Shown here: positions 53,991 through 64,000 of the stretch, in pieces
Position numbering within the stretch: position 1 is the stretch's first letter
How the letters are laid out: the number at the start of each line of letters is the position of its first letter
Assembly (NCBI GenBank): GCA_951406725.2
Contig: OX597817.1
Coordinates: forward strand, 105,958,001 to 106,022,000
Origin: Octopus vulgaris
Lineage: Eukaryota
Length of the DNA: 64,000 nt
Direction of reading: 5' to 3'
Position numbers and translations under genes: made by a program
The notes under the pieces: model-generated
Told to the model about the DNA's origin: nothing
Seen by the model: the letters and a program-made list of their open reading frames with translations, nothing else
Database searches by the model: none

Positions 53991-56900
53991 TTCAAAGACT
54001 ATGGCCTGCAGTTTCTTCTTAGGTAGCTATTTTTGATGGGGTGTGGGGGATCCGTTGATGCACGTGATGCATACGCGATGGGATGATCATTTTATAATAT
54101 ATATATGGTCTTACATTTTATCAAATCTCTTCCCGAGAGTATCTGTGTATAATGAGCGAAATGTGCTGTTTGGAATAATATTTGCTTGTGCTGTAGTATC
54201 GAGCCAGAAGTCGATGCTCTGTCTTCTGCTATGTTGACTTGTGTCCAAATAGATGTTACTGCATTCGTTTCTGGTGTGATAACCATCAAGAAATGAACAT
54301 CGATACTGACGAATCGTTTTCCGATGTGCTTATTTCTTAGATACTTTATGATTGGTTAGAACGGCACAAGCTGGCAAAATGATTTTTTTTATGGCATTTT
54401 GTGCATGTATTCCTAGAAGCAGGGCATGTTTTAAGTGGATAAATCCTAGCACATTTACTGCATGAATTTATAAAATCATTTTTGATTTTATTTCTTTGAT
54501 CTTTGGGTGGCGTGCTTTTAAAATGACCTTTTTCTTTTATCTTTTTCGTTTGGTGATATTTATTTTGTCACAGCCAAGACTAAAGCGTCACCAGGGATGC
54601 TTTTTACCTGTGTAGCACTTATTTTTAATCGCTCTTCATTTATTTTTAAACGTTAATTCTGCTTCCTGAAACAGTACCTCAGAAGTACCTTACTTTACTA
54701 TTCCACATACGATGCTATCTGATTAAATCGTCCTGTAAATTTCCAAAATCACTGGCTTTAAGCTTTCAGTTTAATGTCAGAAATGTGTCAAATTTCTCCG
54801 GTGAATAACTGATCTCTACTAAAAACTAAATAGCAGACGTGTGAATTGAGGAGAACGATACAAAATTCTTTTGAAAATTTTTTTCCAAATTCTATCAACA
54901 ATTGTATCAACAAAATATCATTAAATATTCAGTAAGATGTGAAAAAGATGTGAAGAAATATTCAGTAAGATGTGAAGAAACTAAGTTGGAGGAGAGAATT
55001 AATCTGTAAGTAATGTCTTCTATACAACATTCCACCACCACCACCACCCTCTTTTGTTTTACAGGGTAAGTTTCTGCTGAAGTCAACCAACTAAAAACAA
55101 CTAAAGCTCCGTCAAATCACAGCCAGTGTCTAACATAGAAGGGACACATTAGGGAAAGTAATCCTTGATATACAAAAAGTCTGGATAGTCATAGACAGAT
55201 TACTTTTAATGATAGGTCTGTTAACAGTCAGAACTGTCTGAAATTTATTTTTTTCTTTTAAGCATTAAGGGACTGTCAGAAAATTGGAGTCAGTGCTTAT
55301 GTATTTCAAAAATTTTCGAGTTATCTGAAATTTTGAAGTACGTCTCGTGGGATATCCACATGCATTAATTAAACTCATCCCAACTCTACTTATTGATTCG
55401 ATTGTGATAAAAAAAAAGTTGTGTTTGCATATTTACTCAGAAACAATCTTTAAGCGTAAAAATTTGAAGGTACACAACTTTATAACTTACTTTATTTTTT
55501 TACTTGTGTCAGTCATTTGACCGCAGCCATGCTAGAGCATCGCCTTTAGCCGAAGAAATCGACTCCAGGACTTATTCTTTGTAAGCCTAGTACTTATTCT
55601 ATCGGTTGTCAAGCAATGGTGTCGGAGTGGGGAGTACAAACGCAGACGCACAAATATATATTATACTACGTTCCGAGTTCAAGTAATACTAATAACACCA
55701 AACTCTCTCAACTTTTATCGTAATTCTATTAAATAATATTAAAACTCTCAACATTTATTGTGATTTTTCAATTACACCAGTTAATATAACATCCAAACTC
55801 CCACAAGAAATAAAGTTGTTCATAAAACCTCAACAGATTTCGTCATTTTCTTTTGCGTACAACTATTGACCGCCGACACTAGAAATAACAGCAACCAACA
55901 GTTAACAGTCAGCTCCCAACATACAGCTCCTAGCACTTAGCTGATCAGCTCAACTACCATGGCAACCTTCATGCACGAGTCATAGTGTAAACTGAACATA
56001 ACATTTGGAACTTATAAAAATTCTCATGGTTTTTGTGATATTATATAACCTTAGTAAAAATGTATTGTTGAATTTTTTTTCTACTTAAAGCTAATTCTGC
56101 GAGTTAAATGGTTTTCTTGAGAATATTTCAGTAAAAATACCATTCTTTTTAACAATATTACAACAGTTACGTTTGATGTCACATCAGTCATGACCGTCAA
56201 ATACGGTTTTCAGCTTTCCTATAGAAATGTTTCCTAATGTATGCCAAGTACATATTTTTATACAAACAACTTGTGACAAAAACATACCGGAAATTTACTA
56301 TGATTTGAGAAAGTGGATATCAAATCAATAAAAACCCACTCAGTTCTCGGGTTTTGTATTATTATGTAATAACCAATGATGAAAGTTTCAAACAGCTTCT
56401 TTTGCATACTGAAGGTGATTATCTCGAGATACTTTACAATAACTATTTGATTTTTTTCTTTGTTCTTCCGTAGTGTTCCTTAACGATGAGGATCTATAAC
56501 TAAGAAATGAAATGCGTCTATGTTAAATGACTGACTTATTGTCTAAATTTAATGAACTGAAAAATAGATTATTAGTGAAGGGTATTAGAATAATTCAATC
56601 TCAAACTCTTACTCTAAGATTTCAACTGAAAATTGGTTTCCATAAACCTTTAGGTCACAAAGTTTTCAAAATTTCTCTTAACTTGACACCATTGAAACAA
56701 GTAAAGGAAATTATTTCAAATTAGATCTCAAGGCGAAGACATTGTTTAAATATAAAATTTTCTGTAATTTTCTGAAGCAATGTTCATACTGCAACCAAAT
56801 ATTCAAACATTTGAGGAATTACTGGTTCGTTCTTGTATTTCCAATTTTCGATATGGTCGAAAATGGATTTAGCCATACAAAGGTGCATTGTTCAATAGAC

Positions 56901-57491
56901 AAAAATGTAGACGTAACATCTGTGAAAATAGAGACAAAAGGACTCTCTCTCACTCTTGACTTTGTTTCCACATTACTTTCTGAATAAAAAGATTTTTTTT
57001 TAAACGAAACTTTGAAGAGATATTGTTTTTCGAGGGTATGGATTACAATCATGTTGCTAGTGTTATGTCGTGTTTTAACGACATGAATAACTAGATAAAA
57101 TAAGAGATTTTACGAGTGGCTTATTACTCAGGTGGCCATTGCTGGAATACTGACCCTCACTGAATACTTCTTTAAAATATAACAATAAGTATCAAGTAAT
57201 ATAATAATTAAAAAGAAGGCGGCGAGCTGGCAGAATCTTTAGCATTTCGTCCGTCTTTATGTTCTGAGTGCAAATTCAGAATGTAAAGAGGTCGACTTTG
57301 CCTTTCAATCTTTCGGGATCGATAAAATAAGTACCAGCTGAACTTTGGAGTTAATGTAATTGGCTTCCCACTCGCCCGAAATTACTGGCCTTGTGCCAAA
57401 ATTTAAAACCAATATTATAATTGAAGGGAAGTAACTCAATAGATCACATATATCTTAAGATGTAAGACTATTTTACACATGAACAAGTACA

Positions 57492-58994
57492 GGGGTAGAC
57501 TATCCTCATGTTCTTATGGTATTGTTGTGACCTGTATCAGAACTTGTCAGGTTCAGTATCTTAATGGTTTGTTGATTACATGACCACTTCTTGATATAGT
57601 CTTGCCAGCTTCTAGAGACGGCTTATTAGAAGTTGACTGCTCAACTAAGTTGAGCATATTTGGTTCTTCATGAAACATATGTGGTGTTCTCTGTTTGAAT
57701 TGACTATCAACTTTTTTACGATCGAATATATCAATGGTGTCTTCAGTTGTCATCTCGACCATATACCAGCTCAGCTTATCACTTCTGTCTTTGACAGTTG
57801 CTGATATCCATGTTTTATCATTTACTTGCACTGGTATATGATCACCAGGTTCCAACGACGTGAGTGGTTTTCCGGCATGTTGGTCGTATTACTTAAGATG
57901 TCGGCCTTTGACACTCAGCATGTCTCCGATTTTTTTTTATCTGAGAGTACAGTAGCTGAAATGACGTAAGTAGTATTGTCTTCAAATGACGACTCATCAG
58001 GAGGTGTACAGATGCTTTACCAACTTTGTCTATTGGAGTATTTCGAAAATCTGACTACCAGGCAGGGTAATTTTTTTCCTCTCTCTATTTTTTTATCAGT
58101 GTTTTCATAGCTTTCACTGCAATCTTGGCTTGTTCATTTGATAGTGGAAATCGTGGCTGAATGTGATATGGTGAAAGTCCCACGTTCTGGAAAATTTTTC
58201 AAATTCTTCAGAAGATAATTGTGAAGCCTTGTGTGAGATAGGAATATCTAGTAACCTATGTGTGACAAAGACTGATTTCAACTTGTTTATAACTGTAAAA
58301 CTGGTTTGATCCCTTAATTGCATTATTTCAGCAAATTTTAAGTACGTAATAATCAACTATAACTACGTAATCATCACCATTAATTGAAAATAAATCAACA
58401 CCAGCCTTTGACCAACGATCTTCTTGGTATCTCATGAAGCAGTAATAGTCATTTAGTCTGCTCTGAATTTGGTACATATGATACACTTTCCAACTGCTTT
58501 CTGAATAAGCTTTCAACTTAGTTTTTACAATGGCTTGATATGACTGGTGAACCTTGTCCACTGTTTCATTTCTGAGCGACTCTGAGACGGTTACTCTGTC
58601 ACTTTTGAAAAGCAGTCGGTTGTGATATATAATTTCATCACAGATTCCCCAGTATAGTTTCACTGATGGCAGACATTCCTGTTTTGATTTTGGCCAGCTA
58701 GTTAGCACAATGTCACGTGATGTTGGCAGACTAACACTTTGACTTGTTGCTGTCTGAAACTGTTCGTTTTCTTGGTGACATTGGTAGTGAACTGATAGCA
58801 CTGACATCTAGCAATTCATCATAGAGAGGAATGCTCTAGGTAGAGTATCAGCTATAAGTAAATTTATTCTAGGTTTGTAAGTAACTCTGAAATCATATCT
58901 TTCATTGCAAGGGTAAAATTATTTTCTGTACTCATAGTATGACTTTGACAAAGATGCTTCTGAGAAATTGATACTAATAGTTTAACCATCTGTA
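57492..58994 (-). mobile_element. Ty3/Gypsy pol remnant, second copy within the tandem duplication
   Basis: Identical translated fragments at 57553-57855, 58114-58356 and 58328-58807. Confidence 0.85.
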
Positions 58995-60667
58995 TTCAAA
59001 GACTATGGCCTGCAGTTTCTTCTTAGGTAGCTATTTTTGATGGGGTGTGGGGGATCCGTTGATGCACGTGATGCATACGCGATGGGATGATCATTTTATA
59101 ATATATATATGGTCTTACATTTTATCAAATCTCTTCCCGAGAGTATCTGTGTATAATGAGCGAAATGTGCTGTTTGGAATAATATTTGCTTGTGCTGTAG
59201 TATCGAGCCAGAAGTCGATGCTCTGTCTTCTGCTATGTTGACTTGTGTCCAAATAGATGTTACTGCATTCGTTTCTGGTGTGATAACCATCAAGAAATGA
59301 ACATCGATACTGACGAATCGTTTTCCGATGTGCTTATTTCTTAGATACTTTATGATTGGTTAGAACGGCACAAGCTGGCAAAATGATTTTTTTTATGGCA
59401 TTTTGTGCATGTATTCCTAGAAGCAGGGCATGTTTTAAGTGGATAAATCCTAGCACATTTACTGCATGAATTTATAAAATCATTTTTGATTTTATTTCTT
59501 TGATCTTTGGGTGGCGTGCTTTTAAAATGACCTTTTTCTTTTATCTTTTTCGTTTGGTGATATTTATTTTGTCACAGCCAAGACTAAAGCGTCACCAGGG
59601 ATGCTTTTTACCTGTGTAGCACTTATTTTTAATCGCTCTTCATTTATTTTTAAACGTTAATTCTGCTTCCTGAAACAGTACCTCAGAAGTACCTTACTTT
59701 ACTATTCCACATACGATGCTATCTGATTAAATCGTCCTGTAAATTTCCAAAATCACTGGCTTTAAGCTTTCAGTTTAATGTCAGAAATGTGTCAAATTTC
59801 TCCGGTGAATAACTGATCTCTACTAAAAACTAAATAGCAGACGTGTGAATTGAGGAGAACGATACAAAATTCTTTTGAAAATTTTTTTCCAAATTCTATC
59901 AACAATTGTATCAACAAAATATCATTAAATATTCAGTAAGATGTGAAAAAGATGTGAAATATTCAGTAAGATGTGAAGAAACAAAGTTGGAGGAGAGAAT
60001 TAATCTGTAAGTAATGTCTTCTATACAACATTCCACCACCACCACCACCCTCTTTTGTTTTACAGGGTAAGTTTCTGCTGAAGTCAACCAACTAAAAACA
60101 ACTAAAGCTCCGTCAAATCACAGCCAGTGTCTAACATAGAAGGGACACATTAGGGAAAGTAATCCTTGATATACAAAAAGTCTGGATAGTCATAGACAGA
60201 TTACTTTTAATGATAGGTCTGTTAACAGTCAGAACTGTCTGAAATTTATTTTTTTCTTTTAAGCATTAAGGGACTGTCAGAAAATTGGAGTCAGTGCTTA
60301 TGTATTTCAAAAATTTTCGAGTTATCTGAAATTTTGAAGTACGTCTCGTGGGATATCCACATGCATTAATTAAACTCATCCCAACTCTACTTATTGATTC
60401 GATTGTGATAAAAAAAAAGTTGTGTTTGCATATTTACTCAGAAACAATCTTTAAGCGTAAAAATTTGAAGGTACACAACTTTATAACTTACTTTATTTTT
60501 TTACTTGTGTCAGTCATTTGACCGCAGCCATGCTAGAGCATCGCCTTTAGCCGAAGAAATCGACTCCAGGACTTATTCTTTGTAAGCCTAGTACTTATTC
60601 TATCGGTTGTCAAGCAATGGTGTCGGAGTGGGGAGTACAAACGCAGACGCACAAATATATATTATAC

Positions 60668-60830
60668 TACGTTCCGAGTTCAAGTTCCGCCGAGGTCGAC
60701 TTTGCCTTTCATCCTTTCGGGGTCGATATATTAAGTACCAGTTACGCACTGGGGATCGATGTAATCGACTTAATCTCTGTGTCTGTCCTTGTTTGTCCCC
60801 TCTGTGTTTGGCCCCTTGTGGGTAGTAAAG
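60668..60830 (+). mobile_element. SINE family A, 5'-truncated young copy
   Basis: tacgttccgagttcaagttccgccgaggtcgactttgcctttcatcctttcggggtcgat, CpG-intact. Confidence 0.8.
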
Positions 60831-60886
60831 AAATATATATATATATATATATATAAACATATATATATACATATATATATATAAAC

Positions 60887-60945
<59 letters not shown>

Positions 60946-61126
60946 GAATTTACAAAAAAAAAACAGAAGACGAAGACGGGTGTGTAAACAACAAACAGAT
61001 GTATTAGTTTAAAATCTTTTACGTTTCGAGCCTATGCTCTTCGATAGAATGAAACACAGAAAGAAACAGGGAGAGAAAATGGAAAAAGGTTTAGTGGCTA
61101 GCGACCTATCATGGCGAATATATATC

Positions 61127-61293
61127 TACGACAGGCTCCTTTCAGTTTCCGTCTACCAAATCCGCTCACAAGGCTTTGGTTGGCCCGAGGCTATAGTAGT
61201 AGAAGACACTTGCCCAAAGTGCCACGCGGTGGGATTGAAGTCGGAACCATGTGGTTCAGAAGCAAGCTTCTTACCATACAGCCACTCCTGCAC
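61127..61293 (-). mobile_element. SINE family B 5' part
   Basis: Reverse complement of ggtgcaggagtggctgtatggtaagaagcttgcttc..ctttgggcaagtgtcttcta. Confidence 0.75.
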
Positions 61294-61903
61294 CTTCGAT
61301 GGTTTAGTCTTTCGATTTTTTTTTTAAATATTACGTACGATTTCAAATTTAAATGTTGGCGAAATTTCACCTGAAGATAGGGAATTTCCCACCTCTGTTC
61401 AAAGTGGTTGCTTAATCTGTTAGAAATCTCAACCAAATTTCCCTCAAATCAAACCCACTACCTTAAATAAAAGGATATATGGTCTAGATTTACTGGAACA
61501 AAAAACGCAATAGCCATGACTGGAATGCTTTTGTTCCTAGGTTTGTTGAAACCAGGTTGACCTGGAGCAAAATAAAAAGATAGTAACTGATATTGAAATG
61601 TTAAAAACGTACTTTAGTAATTATTTTTTGTCTTTTTCTTCCAAAGTGTTTTCCCCAAGTCTCCAGATTCCAGAATATGCAAAACTCAGTTATGGATCAT
61701 ATCAAGGGCAAATATGATGATCTTGGCCCAATGTCTGCGTAAGTCGCTCAACCTTCTAGAAAGAGCAACTAATATCAAAAGAATAAGAGACTTTGTCTTA
61801 TCTTGTTTGTTATTTGTCTCTATATCAATAAATTTCGATTTATCACATTGGCTTATATAGCTACAAAATGTAGGAGAGGAATTGAGTCAAAATAATTACA
61901 CAA

Positions 61904-61970
<67 letters not shown>
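61904..61970. repeat. (TG)n microsatellite
   Basis: Pure GT run. Confidence 0.95.
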
Positions 61971-61972
<2 letters not shown>

Positions 61973-62875
61973 TGGTTCTTATATTTTGTTGGCCTCTGAA
62001 ATGATAAATGATAAAATCAACATTAGGTGGATTTGAAACCAGAACATAAAGAAAAACACAACTAACTGCTATAAAACGGTGTTTTTCAAAGGATGTGAAG
62101 ACTGATAAAAGAGCAGACACATTGTCTTGTTTAATAAAATCAAAATGGTTTTAAGTTTTTAAAAGCTGTCTAAAATCAAGACAAAGAATGAAGTCTATGA
62201 ATGCAAACTCTGTTTTATCCTCTCACAAATAAAGATGGGTGAATGAAACAAAAAAAATTCCTTATTTTTTGTGTGCAGGATCTGGTAATTGTCAGTCTCA
62301 GAAACACTGCTAATAAGGTAGGGTACCATTTCTTGCTTTCATTATTGTTCTTATGTTACTTTCTATAGGCTGTGTCATATGGTATGTTACTGGGTTAATT
62401 TCCTAATATACCATCCCTGCAACACCATTTTCTTGAATGTTTCTTCTATAATCTATTACACTATTCCTCACTTTTCAAGCTCTTTATTTCCTTGGCAGTC
62501 TTCCACCAATCACCTTTCCTATCAGTAACGCTCTTTAACCTTCTTGACAATGTTGTACACAACCAAGCTGAACATTCCATTACTCTCTCTCTCCTCCCTT
62601 CTCCCTTCTTCTCACCCTACTACTGTATTGCATTGTCTCTCTATTAACTACAATACATTCTTTTGTATTTTCTCATAAAGCAAATGTACTTCCCACCTTA
62701 TGCTATATTGACCACTACTTCATTAAAAGAGAGATGATCTCAAAATAGAAATAAACATAGAAGACAAAGAGGATCCTTAACCTACAAAGGCCTATTTCTT
62801 TTATACTAACTGTACGATAAACATCTTTGGCCCTCTTTGTAATATTGATTACCCCAGGAGGGGAGTACTTTTTAA

Positions 62876-63103
62876 CCCTTTGTCTGTCCTGTATGACAGA
62901 TGTGATACACATGACATATTACCCTGGCATCCCTGCATCACACGATATACATTCTCAATTTTTTCTGCCATAAGTGTAACTTGGTACTTTTGAAAGGAAA
63001 GATTTATATTACTCAGAAGATATGAAACAAGCTAACTAAAGGTCTGAAAATAAAATTGGATGTTGAGGACAAACTTATAAAAATGCTTTGGACATGCAAA
63101 GGG
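62876..63103. mobile_element. piggyBac-like MITE, second family
   Basis: TTAA|ccctttgtctgtcc ... ggacatgcaaaggg|TTAA, with imperfect 14-bp TIRs. Confidence 0.7.
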
Positions 63104-64000
63104 TTAAAAGAAAATTTAGCAACATTACAAATAACTGTTAAACTAATGCTGATGTTGGGAACTGGAGTTAGTAAAATAGTGACAATGAGTAAAAGTCAAT
63201 ACATATAAGTGTATGCGAGTATTGTATTCTGTTCCTTTATTTATTCTATTTTGTTCCTTTACTTGTTTCAATCATTTGGGAGCTATGACCATCCTGGGGC
63301 AACCATATTCATTGATATAGTCAGTTAGATTGTCCTTAGCATTTGACTGGCACTGGTTTTACTCTGGAAGGTAAACAGTGAAGTCCACTTGAATGGGATT
63401 TGGACTCAGAACATCTATCTATCTATCTATTTGTGCATGTGTGTGTGTATGCTTGCATCCATATATGTAGATATGAATGTATATGTATATACATGCACAT
63501 AAGTAAATATATGTATGTATATATATCAATACACTACTTCCATCCATACACACACACACTTTAATACACTTAGTTATATATACAATAATAGTTACTCAGT
63601 AATATTTTAGACTCTACCTTTCATATTTCTGAGGTTGGTAATATAACATACCCTCAAATACTGAGGTCAGTATGATCAACTATACCCTGCGCCAAACCTT
63701 GTGTAAGACATTTTAAACTATTTTTAAATAAATCTGGTTAGGTGAAACAAATCAGTCTACAAACCACACATTTAGTCGTTACAGTATCAGAGCCTGCCTT
63801 TATTATTATAGTACTAAAATTGTTTTGTGGGTATAATTGTTTTTCTAGTGATATGGAGTATGGTTTTCTAGTGAGATGGAGTATACTATATAGTATGTAG
63901 TTACATGTAGTAGTTTATAGCTATGTAAGAAATTGACATTAACGAAATGACATGTCAAAAACTATCAAAACATAAAAATTGTCAAATAGTTTTCCTGCTG

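Larger units (their letters stand above)
50676..60685 (+). repeat. Head-to-tail tandem duplication of a 5.0-kb unit (copy 1 50676-55682, copy 2 55683-60685)
   Basis: Sequence and ORFs repeat at an offset of about 5001-5007 (e.g. 52551/57553 and 53324/58328 give identical proteins). Junction ...gagttcaaGT|aatactaataacacc. Confidence 0.97.

Overview
AT-rich, intron- and repeat-dominated animal genomic DNA, not prokaryotic. The recurring tRNA-derived SINE families and microsatellite load resemble octopus/coleoid cephalopod DNA (inference). Nearly all ORFs in the supplied track are noise from microsatellites or decayed transposons. The one real gene is on the minus strand and spans about 6.2-31.7 kb. 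It encodes a secreted pleiotrophin/midkine (PTN/MK, miple)-family protein, which I assembled by hand from GT-AG exons at 31557-31659 (signal peptide), 29034-29234 (vertebrate-type 6-Cys N-domain plus basic linker), and 14716-14856, 9109-9243 and 6686-6820 (three tandem 4-Cys C-type domains). A possible last coding exon lies at 6280-6365. The N+C+C+C architecture, built from symmetric phase-1 exons with KGD/RGD/RGD motifs at the same position in each C-domain, is the most interesting feature. The rest holds SINEs, TTAA-flanked piggyBac-like MITEs, hAT, Tigger, RTE, CR1-like, Penelope and Gypsy remnants, a 176-bp fold-back palindrome (48241-48416), and a near-identical 5.0-kb tandem duplication (50676-60685). 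No database searches were run, and repeat boundaries are approximate.
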